Part shown: positions 9,713-19,245 of the stretch, piece by piece
How positions within the stretch are numbered: position 1 is the stretch's first letter
Layout of the letters: the number at the start of each line of letters is the position of its first letter
Virus record (IMG/VR): IMGVR_UViG_3300031758_000014
DNA from: an uncultured virus (IMG/VR IMGVR_UViG_3300031758_000014)
Taxonomy: Duplodnaviria; Heunggongvirae; Uroviricota; Caudoviricetes
Length of the DNA stretch: 64,000 bases
Strand: one strand, 5' to 3'
Program-made: the position numbers and the translations under genes
The notes under the pieces: generated by a model
What the model saw: only the letters and a program-made list of their open reading frames with translations
Databases searched by the model: none
What the model was told of the DNA's origin: nothing

Positions 9713-9895
9713 TTATTTATACATTTTCTCTAACATAAGAATCATTTGTTCTGATTGTTCTTTTGTTAATGTGAGAATGATTGTTTCTTGACAATCGAAC
9801 TCAAGTCTTAGTTCATTATGTTCTCTAAAAACACATACATCATCGGTAAATTTATCTACTGATGAGGTTGATTTAATATTGTTTATTCCTTTCAT
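9713..9895 (-). CDS. hypothetical protein
   Basis: 60 aa ORF. Confidence 0.55.
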   Translation of the reverse strand: MKGINNIKSTSSVDKFTDDVCVFREHNELRLEFDCQETIILTLTKEQSEQMILMLEKMYK

Positions 9896-10236
9896 TTTAA
9901 TCTAAGTCTTTTGATATTCTTTTGAGTACTATGAATATTAGAATTATGACGGTAATAACCAGTGGAACTACTGATAAAATGATATGCCATGGTTGTACTC
10001 CTTCTTTCATGATTATTTACAATTAGGGAAGTTTTGGTGTATATGTGATAATACGACCATTGTACAAATGATGGTGAATATCATACTAATTACTAATGAG
10101 GTAAATGGAGACAATTTCATAATTCTATTTTTAGTTTATATAAAGATATGAATTTTTTTAGAATAAACAAAGTTAATATATACTTTATGAAGATAAGAAA
10201 ATTTAATGAATCTATCCATCTGAATCATTTAATAAA

Positions 10237-10245
10237 TAATATATA
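10237..10245 (+). promoter_or_regulatory. putative phage late promoter TAATATATA (representative)
   Basis: also + at 10174, 16574, 30384, 35197, 48730, 53425, 58463, 61021, 62624 and - at 23672, 43297, 53273, 55032, 60215, each shortly before an ATG. Confidence 0.65.
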
Positions 10246-10250
10246 GAAAT

Positions 10251-10823
10251 ATGAAATACTTAAAATTATTTGAAAACTTCGATGGAGAAGATCCTAAATG
10301 GATTGTAACATCTGCTTTAGATCCAATAGAGGTTGATGAGGTTACCTTTGATGAGAAGTACGGAGATACATCTATGTTTCGTTTATTTGAATTTAGTGAA
10401 GAACCTAGTGAAGATAAAATAAACCATTTAAAATCATGGATAGAAGAGGAAGGATATTACTCTCATAAAACAAGTAAAGGAATTATAGTTACTGATAAAC
10501 CAATAGAGAATGTATGTATTGATTGGTTAAATAAAAACTTTTCTGATATGGAAAAAGTTGAGAGTAAGGATCACCCTGGATGTGTTCTTTATAGGTATAA
10601 TCCAGGTGACAATATAATTTTTTATGATAAAAGTAGAGATAGACGAATTTACGTAAGCACTTCAATCTGGTCGTTTTTTGAGAGATATGGTTTTTTATTG
10701 AATATATACAAGAAGGAGGCGTGGGAATGGAGTAAAGAAACCATCATGAATAATTGGTTAAATATTGATGGTAAATTAGTAGTATTATTAAATAAAGGTT
10801 CACTTCTTCAAGTATGTGTATAA
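10251..10823 (+). CDS. putative virion internal protein (CTS-like leader)
   Basis: MKYLKLFENF; TAATATATA upstream. Confidence 0.7.
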   Translation: MKYLKLFENFDGEDPKWIVTSALDPIEVDEVTFDEKYGDTSMFRLFEFSEEPSEDKINHLKSWIEEEGYYSHKTSKGIIVTDKPIENVCIDWLNKNFSDMEKVESKDHPGCVLYRYNPGDNIIFYDKSRDRRIYVSTSIWSFFERYGFLLNIYKKEAWEWSKETIMNNWLNIDGKLVVLLNKGSLLQVCV

Positions 10824-10940
10824 AGCAGGTTGGAGTTTAATAGTAATATGATACCAGAAAATAATGATGAAGAATAATGAAATATCTATCATTTCAAAAT
10901 TCTTTTCAAAGAAAAATATATAAATAAAATATTATCAATT

Positions 10941-11180
10941 TTATTCAAGTAAAGTGGATAATCTCATATCTCTCAACTCCTCTTTGGTATAAAAGAATTT
11001 CCCATAGTAATGAATATCATATTCATCTGGAGAAAAGAACCAAGCTTTTAAAGTATCATCATAAATATTTAGACCACCATATGTATTTTTTATTACATAT
11101 TCTTTACCAATAGTCAATTTATTATGGTTATTATAAATTGAGCTCGTTTTAGCAATTAATATATCTCCCTTTTTAAACAT
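10941..11180 (-). CDS. DUF6501-like protein with tail
   Basis: LTIGKEY; ends YTKEELRDMRLSTLLE. Confidence 0.7.
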   Translation of the reverse strand: MFKKGDILIAKTSSIYNNHNKLTIGKEYVIKNTYGGLNIYDDTLKAWFFSPDEYDIHYYGKFFYTKEELRDMRLSTLLE

Positions 11181-11502
11181 ATGATAATGGTCTTAGAGTT
11201 TTCAAATACTTAATAAGTGATGATTTTATACTTAGATATGGGAATATATTCTTTAAGTCGGAGATCTTTTGGATATTATCATCCAACTCTTGTTTATTTC
11301 TATAAGTATATGACACTATATGGTATTTACCTTCTCTACGTAGATCTTCTGATTTTTCGTTTTTATCTTCCCATTCAACAAATATCTTTGAATATTCACG
11401 AGTATGTTGTATAGATATTTCTGGCTTACAATATTTAATTTCTATACTCTTATGAGTTTCACCTTTTTTAATTTTAAGTCTTCGTTTTCTGGATGATGCC
11501 AT
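11173..11502 (-). CDS. hypothetical protein, basic N-terminus
   Basis: MASSRKRRLKIKK. Confidence 0.7.
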   Translation of the reverse strand: MASSRKRRLKIKKGETHKSIEIKYCKPEISIQHTREYSKIFVEWEDKNEKSEDLRREGKYHIVSYTYRNKQELDDNIQKISDLKNIFPYLSIKSSLIKYLKTLRPLSYV

Positions 11503-11594
11503 TCTGGTGGTTTTAATTTACACATCAAAGATAATAATTTTTTCAATTAGTTTCTATAATGTTGTTAATCTTTATATCTCCATAACCGTTAGTT

Positions 11595-11807
11595 TTAATT
11601 TTCTCCAAGTAACTCACTAAGTTTTTTATCACGAACTTCAGCTTTATTTTTCACCATTCTTTCCACTTCCACTCTCAATTCAAATGGCTCTAATATAGCA
11701 ATTAATCCACCACTATTATAAATTTCAATAGAAGCAAAATTTTCAGGTATGTACTTAATCTTACACCCAGGATTGAGCTTCTCATATTCTTTAATTAACT
11801 TTTTCAT
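11595..11807 (-). CDS. hypothetical protein with tail
   Basis: ends KAEVRDKKLSELLGEN. Confidence 0.7.
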   Translation of the reverse strand: MKKLIKEYEKLNPGCKIKYIPENFASIEIYNSGGLIAILEPFELRVEVERMVKNKAEVRDKKLSELLGEN

Positions 11808-11863
11808 TATGTTTATGTTTATTTAAATAACAAAACTTACTCAAAGATAATAAATTTTTTCAA

Positions 11864-12433
11864 TTAACTCATCAGTTGATTGATTTTAATATCTCTCAAT
11901 TCTCCTTTAAAGGTTTTTTTTATTATTTCTATAATAGTTTAAAAATCTGGTTCAGTTTGTGAAGAACTTAGATTTAATGTAAATGAATCATATTTAATAT
12001 AACCATAATCGATTTTGGTATCTGTACCGACTAATCTGGATCCAGTATATCTAAATCCTGGATCTCTTCTTTTTTCAATATCATTTCTATTATATGAGTA
12101 TTCAACATCTTCACTTATTAAAAAATCATATCTATTCCCAAAATTAGTAGCTTCCAGTTTGATTGAAATATTTCCTTTTCTGAATTCCAATACTTCTAAT
12201 CTACTCTTTGATGCAATGTTATCAATTAATAGTTTATTTATTTTGAATCCAATAGTTTCAACTAAATCGTTAATTCTACTATTAGGATTCAGTCTAAACA
12301 TAATTGAATTACCAACTAATCTAATATCAAATAAAGGACCCTCGTGTCTATGACCTTCATTTTGATGTGCGGGCTTTGTCGTATGTGGTTCTTCGGCAAG
12401 ACCCAATCTCCTATCTTGAGTTTCATAGTCCAA
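11864..12433 (-). pseudogene. hypothetical gene with premature TAA before an in-frame tail
   Basis: ORF stops at 11939-11941 but the frame continues TIIEIIKKTFKGELRDIKINQLMS*. Confidence 0.6.
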
Positions 12434-12686
12434 TTTCTTTCAGCTTCATTTCTCTCGTCTCTTCTATGGAGAAGAACCTTCCTTTGCCAAGGGTCAGACG
12501 GTTTCCGTCGTCGCCGATCACCTTGTAGTACTTGTCATAATCAGGGAAATCATCAGGGGATGTCCCGGAGATGTCCTCGCACTCGTAGATCTTCCCTCTC
12601 GTGAGCACCTTGTTGGGGGTGGGATTTTTATATCCCAGGTCGAGCGTTAGGAAGTAGTCTTCCTTGGCAATCAGCTTTGCGGTCAT
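12423..12686 (-). CDS. DUF6501-like protein with tail (GC-rich)
   Basis: LTRGKIY...VIGDDG; ends TREMKLKEIGL. Confidence 0.7.
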   Translation of the reverse strand: MTAKLIAKEDYFLTLDLGYKNPTPNKVLTRGKIYECEDISGTSPDDFPDYDKYYKVIGDDGNRLTLGKGRFFSIEETREMKLKEIGL

Positions 12687-12694
12687 AATATCTT

Positions 12695-12958
12695 TTAACA
12701 TATTCCTAATTCCTTTAGTTTATCATCCCTCATTTTCTCCCTATCTAATTCGAATACATAATGATAGTCTGTGTTTATAGAACCATCTTCTCTTACTATG
12801 GTTATCGAACCTGGTTCAGGAGATCCGGTATGAGGACATGTATAAGGTTCTATGATATCGATTATCTGACCTCTATGATATTTACGAGTGAAATGTGATA
12901 TACTTGGATGAGATTTATATTTGACGAAGTCTCCAATACTTAGTTTATTTTCCATCAC
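12695..12958 (-). CDS. KOW/SH3-like protein with tail
   Basis: IGDFVKY; ends MRDDKLKELGIC. Confidence 0.7.
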   Translation of the reverse strand: MMENKLSIGDFVKYKSHPSISHFTRKYHRGQIIDIIEPYTCPHTGSPEPGSITIVREDGSINTDYHYVFELDREKMRDDKLKELGIC

Positions 12959-13511
12959 TACTTAATTTATAAATTCCTTTATATTTGAATAAGACACCAT
13001 CAATATATGATAATTTATCTAAGACAATTCTATTAGGCATATTTAATGTTGAATCCATACCACCTGATATATGTGTAGCATATATAATTTCTTGTACATC
13101 ACCAGTTCCATTTGAATAATTAGCTGGTATGACACCTGATTTTGATATATCAGTTAAACCAGGAGATACACATAAATTTCTATCAGCATATCCATCCAAT
13201 TCACGTTCCAAGGATGTTCTAATGCCACCCTTACCATAATTAATACTAATTAAGTGTGATAATTTTACCATATGTGAATCTATACAAGATAAAACTTTCT
13301 CATTCAAATTATTTATATCCAAATCATCATATAAATTATCAATCAAATCAATTAACTGTGAAATATCTCCATCTATATCACTATATTTTTGATTTAATAG
13401 TATATTTAATTTATAATCCCTATTAGATATTTCTTTGAACTTTTCCTTTAAAATTAAATATTTATTCAATAAATATGTAAAATATTTATAATGTTCAGTT
13501 TCAAACTTCAT
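12945..13511 (-). CDS. hypothetical protein, internal tail-like motif
   Basis: internal NRDYKLNILL. Confidence 0.7.
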   Translation of the reverse strand: MKFETEHYKYFTYLLNKYLILKEKFKEISNRDYKLNILLNQKYSDIDGDISQLIDLIDNLYDDLDINNLNEKVLSCIDSHMVKLSHLISINYGKGGIRTSLERELDGYADRNLCVSPGLTDISKSGVIPANYSNGTGDVQEIIYATHISGGMDSTLNMPNRIVLDKLSYIDGVLFKYKGIYKLSSDGK

Positions 13512-13529
13512 TTATTAATTTATTATTAT

Positions 13530-13868
13530 TTAAATACCTAACTCTTCCAATTTTTTATTTCTAATATAAGATTTACTAGGTAGTAATTGATCTTCTTGAA
13601 ATGTAAGTGTTAGAAAATCAATGTCAAATTCATAACCCATACTGGTTGTATGATTATTTTCAAATGGTGTATTATCCTTAACTACACATAACCACATATT
13701 ATCATGCTTATTATATCTCATAGAGATTATTTCACCTTCAATTTTATAACCATTAGTATTAAGATAACCATCTGTTACAACAGAGTCACCTATTTTAAAT
13801 TTAGGAGCAGGTGCATTATAAAATAATTTATATGTTCTATAAATGAACCAGGTTTTAATTTTTTTCAT
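13530..13868 (-). CDS. KOW/SH3-like protein with tail
   Basis: PKFKIGDSV; ends IRNKKLEELGI. Confidence 0.7.
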   Translation of the reverse strand: MKKIKTWFIYRTYKLFYNAPAPKFKIGDSVVTDGYLNTNGYKIEGEIISMRYNKHDNMWLCVVKDNTPFENNHTTSMGYEFDIDFLTLTFQEDQLLPSKSYIRNKKLEELGI

Positions 13869-14232
13869 TTTTACTTAGAATGGTATTAATCTTTATATCT
13901 CTAATTTCAGCAGTTGTTAGAGCCTCGTCTCTTTGTAGTACAGAATCTAATATTAGTTTTTCTTGTTCGGTCGCAAGACGAGTTGGTCTATTCCATACAG
14001 AAGTACCTTCACCTAATGTCCAGGGGTAAGTGTTGGCCCCATCTGATTTTCTAATGAATACAACACTATTTTTGTGCCAGTGGTTATTCATATTAGAGAA
14101 GCTTTGGCAATCTATTATAGAGTCGAATACATTTTGTGTTGAGTTGGGTCTAAATATACTAAAGCCTTCAGTACCATCAACTCTGATTGATGTTACGTGG
14201 TATGTTTCTCCTTTTTTGAACTCTCTATACAT
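13855..14232 (-). CDS. hypothetical protein with tail
   Basis: IRDIKINTIL near C-terminus. Confidence 0.7.
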   Translation of the reverse strand: MYREFKKGETYHVTSIRVDGTEGFSIFRPNSTQNVFDSIIDCQSFSNMNNHWHKNSVVFIRKSDGANTYPWTLGEGTSVWNRPTRLATEQEKLILDSVLQRDEALTTAEIRDIKINTILSKNEKN

Positions 14233-14268
14233 TTAATTTCTTTAGAATGTTTTAAATCAGATTCGAGT

Positions 14269-14748
14269 TCATAACTCTAAGTTATTTAGTATTTCTATTG
14301 CCTTATCCGTACAGATTCTTGTCAAACCATAACCAATATCAACACAATCTTCGTGATCTTTATTACCAGATGTTTTTACGAAATAAGGTAGTTGGTGTTC
14401 TTCCATATCTGTATCATCGTCTAAGATTAAATAACTCGTAATATCTTTGTTCTCTTTAAGATAAGCGTCTATTTCTTTTCCTCTACATAAAGTTGTGCCA
14501 TAATGTCTCATAAAGTTTGGAGTTATACCAATAACCTCACCTGGTAAACCTCTTTTAATCCACATTTCTTTCATTATTTCTAACCCACTTAAACGCCAAG
14601 TACTACTTATAACAATCTTAGCACCAGTTTCATCAATCAATCGTTTTAGATTGTCTACTAAGTGTGGATGAAATAGTGATCCATATTCATCTCTACCTTC
14701 GTAACAAAGGTTAAGAACGCCATCTATGTCTAAAAATATTACTTTCAT
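14269..14748 (-). CDS. HAD-superfamily phosphatase (Swiss Army Knife RNA-repair-like HAD)
   Basis: FLDIDGVLN, IVISSTWR, RGKEI, YLILDDD. Confidence 0.85.
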   Translation of the reverse strand: MKVIFLDIDGVLNLCYEGRDEYGSLFHPHLVDNLKRLIDETGAKIVISSTWRLSGLEIMKEMWIKRGLPGEVIGITPNFMRHYGTTLCRGKEIDAYLKENKDITSYLILDDDTDMEEHQLPYFVKTSGNKDHEDCVDIGYGLTRICTDKAIEILNNLEL

Positions 14749-14818
14749 TTAGATACTTTTATAACAAATATAATAAAAAATCACACACTATAAACCCAAT
14801 TATTATAAATCTCTCATA

Positions 14819-15136
14819 TTATTTTTTTAATAATTCACTTATCTTCTTATCTCTTAAATATGTCTTATATTCGTTCATACTTATTCGATGTATCTCTTCA
14901 TAGAATATTGTCTTCTCCTCAGAGAAAAATGGTTCACTTGAAATCGTTTTACGACGGATTGATATAAAATCATCATCGATTGTATTGTTTGAATCTATTG
15001 TAAATATTCCAATAGATTCATCATCAAAATCCTCCCCTGTAATCTCTGACAATATTTCTATATCGTATTCACCGGAATAATCATTTTTTTCATTCACCAA
15101 ATAAAATAATTCGGTGACCTTTTTAATAGATCTCAT
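14819..15136 (-). CDS. hypothetical protein with tail
   Basis: start MRSIKK just after tRNA-like RNA; ends LRDKKISELLKK. Confidence 0.7.
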   Translation of the reverse strand: MRSIKKVTELFYLVNEKNDYSGEYDIEILSEITGEDFDDESIGIFTIDSNNTIDDDFISIRRKTISSEPFFSEEKTIFYEEIHRISMNEYKTYLRDKKISELLKK

Positions 15137-15139
15137 AGA

Positions 15140-15304
15140 AGTCAGAACAGGACTCGAACCTGTACACACTCGTTCCCGTTTATAGGGCCGCCTTGTCGAT
15201 TGTACTTCTCGTGCGTCTACCAAATTAACATTGTCCCCGTAGTGGATTCTAACCACATTATTTTTACAACTAGAACGGGGATGTTAATATTCCGCCACCT
15301 GACT
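15140..15304 (-). ncRNA. tRNA-like RNA with D-loop insertion
   Basis: AGTCAGGTGGCGGAAT-[insert]-TGGTAGACG ... TACAGGTTCGAGTCCTGTTCTGACT. Confidence 0.65.
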
Positions 15305-15361
15305 AACGAGGGTTTTAATCTGTTATACCCACAAACTTAATTTCATCTATGAAGTTACCCT

Positions 15362-15574
15362 TCATACACAAGTAATTATAATTCTTTCTCTATTCGGATA
15401 TAAAACATACTTTTTATTATCTAATAATATATGTTTTAAATTTTTTTTCCATTCAATATTATCTCGAGTATCATAAACCACTATTGATTTATTCTTTAAT
15501 AACTCTAATATATTATCAACAATATCATCAGTATTATTACCACTCTCAATGATTTTTCTAATTTCGTCTTTCAT
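15362..15574 (-). CDS. hypothetical protein
   Basis: ORF between tRNA-like elements. Confidence 0.6.
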   Translation of the reverse strand: MKDEIRKIIESGNNTDDIVDNILELLKNKSIVVYDTRDNIEWKKNLKHILLDNKKYVLYPNRERIIITCV

Positions 15575-15596
15575 ATTATTTAGCAACCATGTTCGT

Positions 15597-15685
15597 AGTC
15601 AGAAAAGGATTCGAACCTATATAAGCAAAATTTTCAGAATCAGTATCTGAGTCATCTAGCCGTCCTACCATTAGACGATCTGACT
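15597..15685 (-). ncRNA. tRNA-like RNA
   Basis: AGTCAGA/TCTGACT acceptor, GTCTAATGGTAGGAC D-arm, AGGTTCGAATCCT T-arm; aberrant middle. Confidence 0.6.
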
Positions 15686-15692
15686 ATTTAGT

Positions 15693-15766
15693 GGACAGAT
15701 TGAGATTTGAACTCACGTAACACCTGATCAAGGTCAACCCAGTTGTATTAAGTTACATTTCCGCCC
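15693..15766 (-). ncRNA. degenerate tRNA-like RNA
   Basis: GGGCGGA/TCTGTCC acceptor, GAGTTCAAATCTC T-arm. Confidence 0.45.
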
Positions 15767-15851
15767 TGGCGTGTATTTTTTATTCAATAAATGGTATTTA
15801 CTAAACCTCACCCTATGTAATACACAAAACCACACATAGTTAGAACCTCGT

Positions 15852-15944
15852 AGTCAGGACAGGACTCGAACCTGTATGAGAACCTTTCGATTTTACCTAC
15901 ATGGATTTACCTCTAATAACGTCTACCAATTCCGCCACCTGACT
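15852..15944 (-). ncRNA. tRNA-like RNA
   Basis: AGTCAGGTGGCGGAATTGGTAGACG ... TACAGGTTCGAGTCCTGTCCTGACT; -7 element at 15949-15956 immediately upstream. Confidence 0.7.
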
Positions 15945-15987
15945 AAAACAAATATAGTAATATTTTTACAATAATCACCAAAATCTT

Positions 15988-16251
15988 TTAATATTTAACC
16001 ATTAAGAAACTATGATTTCTTGGTTCATTATAATCACCAGTCACTACTTGTTGTACTTGATATCCCTTTTGTAGATATTTATTTAATTGATCGTATCCTA
16101 CATATACCGTCGAAGTTGGTTTAGCAGGTACAGTTAACATAACACCACTGTTTCCACCAAATCTATTATCATTCGTTGCACCACTAATAGTCATTGATAA
16201 TGTAGTGATTACGGTTATACCGATTGCTATTCCTAAAAGTATTCTTTTCAT
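15988..16251 (-). CDS. exported/membrane-anchored protein, paralog of 7727
   Basis: signal-like N-terminus; YLQKGYQV. Confidence 0.7.
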   Translation of the reverse strand: MKRILLGIAIGITVITTLSMTISGATNDNRFGGNSGVMLTVPAKPTSTVYVGYDQLNKYLQKGYQVQQVVTGDYNEPRNHSFLMVKY

Positions 16252-16282
16252 ATTATTCCAGTTTTATTTTTAACGAAGTCAA

Positions 16283-16519
16283 TTAAGAGAACCAACAATT
16301 ACAAGTACCTGAGTTATATCTACCACACTCTGGACAACGGTGTTTTTTCTCCTCCTTGACCTTCTCTACTTTCTCTAGTTTTAAATTAGATAAATATTCA
16401 GTCTCTATTTTAAGATAAGATTGTAAAACATCTTTTAATGTAAACATATTAATACCACCATTTTTATCGTATAAATCAATCTTATCAATCAATTGTTCCA
16501 TTGGAGTTTTATCAGCCAT
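16283..16519 (-). CDS. hypothetical protein with C-terminal Zn-ribbon-like motif
   Basis: N-terminus shared with 25824 (KTPMxQLIDKIxLYD); CPECG..CNC. Confidence 0.7.
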   Translation of the reverse strand: MADKTPMEQLIDKIDLYDKNGGINMFTLKDVLQSYLKIETEYLSNLKLEKVEKVKEEKKHRCPECGRYNSGTCNCWFS

Positions 16520-16600
16520 CTCTTTTCGTTTTTAATTTATACTACAAATATAAAAAAAATAAAAATTACTTTTTAATATATAAAGAAAATAAAAATTATT

Positions 16601-16897
16601 ATGAAGAATATTAAAACATTTGAAAATTATGGACGTGATAGAGGAACATATCAAGAAAATGAAAGACGTTCAGATAGAACTAAAGAGTTAGACAATTTTT
16701 TAAGAAAGAAAAATGTAATCAATGATGATAAAACATCCGAAATTATCGAAAGATTTAAAGCTGAGTTTGGTAATAGAGATTTTTCAACTCAAGAGTTTGC
16801 TGAGTTCTATCATGTATTAAGAACTGAAGGTTTTGATGGTATTCAGATTTTTAATGCTTTAGGTAATATGATACCAGAAAATAATGATGAAGAATAA
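16601..16897 (+). CDS. putative virion internal protein (CTS-like leader)
   Basis: MKNIKTFENY; TAATATATA upstream. Confidence 0.7.
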   Translation: MKNIKTFENYGRDRGTYQENERRSDRTKELDNFLRKKNVINDDKTSEIIERFKAEFGNRDFSTQEFAEFYHVLRTEGFDGIQIFNALGNMIPENNDEE

Positions 16898-17436
16898 TGA
16901 GATATTTACAAACATATGAGTCACTATCAAATGATAGTTTAGTTTCTTTAGTAAAAGAACTTAATAATATAAAACCAGATGCTATTATCTATTCATCACC
17001 AGGAAGGTTTACATTTAACCACCCAAGCGTTAAATTGATTAAATTGAATTTTGAAGAAGGTGATTTAGTTAGTACATCAAAGTCTAGTTTTGATAATTCA
17101 AATGATAAAGGTGCTCATTTATTGAGTATGGGAAATTCAATTGAATACCTTTATAAAAATGATCCAGATTATATTAAAACTAAGAATATAAAAAAATTAA
17201 ACTTACCAATCTATGTAGTTTTAGATAAGGTTGATAAAAAGAAGTTATTTGAAATTGCTAATAAAATAACTGATAGTGGTTATTCGGTTACTTATTATAT
17301 GTTTACATATAGTGAACAAGATTGGTTAAAACCTGAAAACTTCTCTGTAAATTCACTTAGATATTCAAAGAAAATTTCAGAAAGTGAAATAGTGGGACTT
17401 AAACATGATTTTAAGTTTGTTATAGAGTTTAAATAA
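16897..17436 (+). CDS. putative virion internal protein (CTS-like leader)
   Basis: MRYLQTYES. Confidence 0.7.
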   Translation: MRYLQTYESLSNDSLVSLVKELNNIKPDAIIYSSPGRFTFNHPSVKLIKLNFEEGDLVSTSKSSFDNSNDKGAHLLSMGNSIEYLYKNDPDYIKTKNIKKLNLPIYVVLDKVDKKKLFEIANKITDSGYSVTYYMFTYSEQDWLKPENFSVNSLRYSKKISESEIVGLKHDFKFVIEFK

Positions 17437-17466
17437 TTTATTATTATATTTAAAAAAATAAATGAA

Positions 17467-18015
17467 ATGAAAAAATTAAAAACATTTGAAGGTTTTTTTG
17501 ACTTCTTCGAAAAAAGTGATGAACAAAAGTTAAAGTCCGCTAAAAATAAAGTGATTGGACTTTGTAATTTATATTTAATTGGTGATAGCTCTATTGGTAA
17601 AAGGTTTAGAGTTAATGATGATTTATCTGTTGATGTTTATTGTCATGTTGATTTATCTGGTTTAAAGCTAACTAAGTTACCGGTTAAGTTTAATAAAGTC
17701 AATGGTGATTTCAATTGTAGTAACAATCAATTAACATCCTTAGAAGGTGCTCCAAAAGAAATTAATGGGGATTTCAATTGTAGTAATAATCAATTAACAA
17801 CTTTAGTTGGATCACCACAAATTGGTGTGGAAAGATTTGATTGTAGTAAAAATGAATTGACATCTTTAGAAGGTTCACCAAAAAAGGTTTATGTTTTTGA
17901 TTGTAGAGATAATAAATTGACATCTTTGGATGGTGCGCCGACAGTTAGTGGAACTAGTCCAAGTGGTGTTCCTTATCTTTTTTATGTAGGAAATAATATT
18001 AGTTTGAGTAGTTAA
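17467..18015 (+). CDS. leucine-rich-repeat protein with CTS-like leader
   Basis: MKKLKTFEGF; four FxCSxNxLTSLxGxP repeats. Confidence 0.8.
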   Translation: MKKLKTFEGFFDFFEKSDEQKLKSAKNKVIGLCNLYLIGDSSIGKRFRVNDDLSVDVYCHVDLSGLKLTKLPVKFNKVNGDFNCSNNQLTSLEGAPKEINGDFNCSNNQLTTLVGSPQIGVERFDCSKNELTSLEGSPKKVYVFDCRDNKLTSLDGAPTVSGTSPSGVPYLFYVGNNISLSS

Positions 18016-18037
18016 TTGACTACTCAAACTTTTTTTT
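18001..18037. terminator. intrinsic terminator between convergent genes
   Basis: AGTTTGAGTAGT/ACTACTCAAACT hairpin + T run. Confidence 0.8.
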
Positions 18038-18320
18038 ATAAACCCAGTTTTCTTAGTTTTTTATCTCTATTGTACTGTAATAAATCTCTTTCATAAACAA
18101 ATAGGTTCATATCAGAAACACCATGTCCAAGTTCATTAATGGCACCATTATTATAATATAATCGAGTTACTTCATATTTCTTGCCATAAATTAAACCTCT
18201 ATCATTTGAAATTGAAATGATAAAATCACCAATTGATGGATGATCCTTTCCATAATCAATAACTTTTTTTAGTTTAGGTTTCTCCTCAAATATCTTTAAT
18301 AAGAGTTTTAATATTTTCAT
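18036..18320 (-). CDS. DUF6501-like protein with tail, paralog of 37854
   Basis: LIYGKKY; ends NRDKKLRKLGL. Confidence 0.7.
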   Translation of the reverse strand: MKILKLLLKIFEEKPKLKKVIDYGKDHPSIGDFIISISNDRGLIYGKKYEVTRLYYNNGAINELGHGVSDMNLFVYERDLLQYNRDKKLRKLGL

Positions 18321-18329
18321 AAGTCCAAT

Positions 18330-18548
18330 TTAATCACGAGTTTCTACATTACAGAAGTAATTATCGAAATGACCATTACCACATGTTAAATATATTGAAG
18401 TATGACATGTTTCTGATGGTATCTGTTCAAGTTCAGATATATATTTCTCTTTCTTTTTTTTAGACCAAAAGCCAGTGTTTAGACTTTCTATTGATGTATA
18501 TTCATGAAATATTTCACAATCACATTGTTTACATTTTACTTTCTTCAT
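18330..18548 (-). CDS. small Cys-rich protein
   Basis: CKQC...CGNGH. Confidence 0.65.
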   Translation of the reverse strand: MKKVKCKQCDCEIFHEYTSIESLNTGFWSKKKKEKYISELEQIPSETCHTSIYLTCGNGHFDNYFCNVETRD

Positions 18549-18563
18549 AATTCGTTTTTATTT

Positions 18564-18782
18564 TTATATACCCAGAAGATCTTTTAGTTTCTGATCTCTA
18601 TAATACTCTTTATCCATCTGTATTCTGGTTTCATTCATAAAATAATCTATTTTGTATGAATAGTTTGTCTTACCATACCAGTGTATGATTATGTTTTTCT
18701 CTTTTATATCCTTTATAATTCCTCTTATGATATATCCATCTTCAATCCAAAGGTATCTGGTACCAATCTTTATCTCTTTCAT
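18564..18782 (-). CDS. hypothetical protein with tail
   Basis: ends YRDQKLKDLLGI. Confidence 0.7.
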   Translation of the reverse strand: MKEIKIGTRYLWIEDGYIIRGIIKDIKEKNIIIHWYGKTNYSYKIDYFMNETRIQMDKEYYRDQKLKDLLGI

Positions 18783-18979
18783 ATCCCAAGATTTTTTAGT
18801 TTCTTATCTCTTAATAAACTCTTATAGTAGTTATAATCAACACCATAAGCACCACTATTAGGATTCAGTCTAAACATAATTGAATTACCAAGTAATCTGA
18901 TATCAAATAAAGGACCGTCGTGTTTAATTCCTTGTGAATGTATAATAAAATATCTTAGTAAATCTTCATCTACATTCAT
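18779..18979 (-). CDS. chimeric small protein with tail
   Basis: shares 70 bp with the 11939 gene; ends LRDKKLKNLGI. Confidence 0.65.
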   Translation of the reverse strand: MNVDEDLLRYFIIHSQGIKHDGPLFDIRLLGNSIMFRLNPNSGAYGVDYNYYKSLLRDKKLKNLGI

Positions 18980-19245
18980 ATCCCAATCTCTTTTAGTTTT
19001 TGATCTCTAATATTCTGTTTAGTTGAAAACCATCTCCAAATACAATCAACTCCACCAGAACCGGTAAATCTTATCCAAGCATTTGATTTATCTCTAACAT
19101 TTGTACAATAGTAATAAACAGAGCAATATCTATTACTTGTTAGTCTACCATAGTCTTGCACTTTGAAATCATACTCTTTACCAACAACTAATTGGTTGGA
19201 TAAGTTTTTTCCTTTTATTTTATTTGTTATACAAACCATTTTCAT
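18976..19245 (-). CDS. DUF6501-like protein with tail
   Basis: MKMVCI...LVVGKEY; ends IRDQKLKEIGI. Confidence 0.7.
   Translation of the reverse strand: MKMVCITNKIKGKNLSNQLVVGKEYDFKVQDYGRLTSNRYCSVYYYCTNVRDKSNAWIRFTGSGGVDCIWRWFSTKQNIRDQKLKEIGI

Noticed and set aside
15140..15944. Assigning amino-acid identities to the tRNA-like elements
   Set aside because: Could not fold canonical anticodon stem-loops, so they are reported as tRNA-like only.
12278..18923. Diversity-generating retroelement TR/VR pair
   Set aside because: Only three mismatches, not adenine-specific (two are C/G), and no reverse transcriptase in the window.
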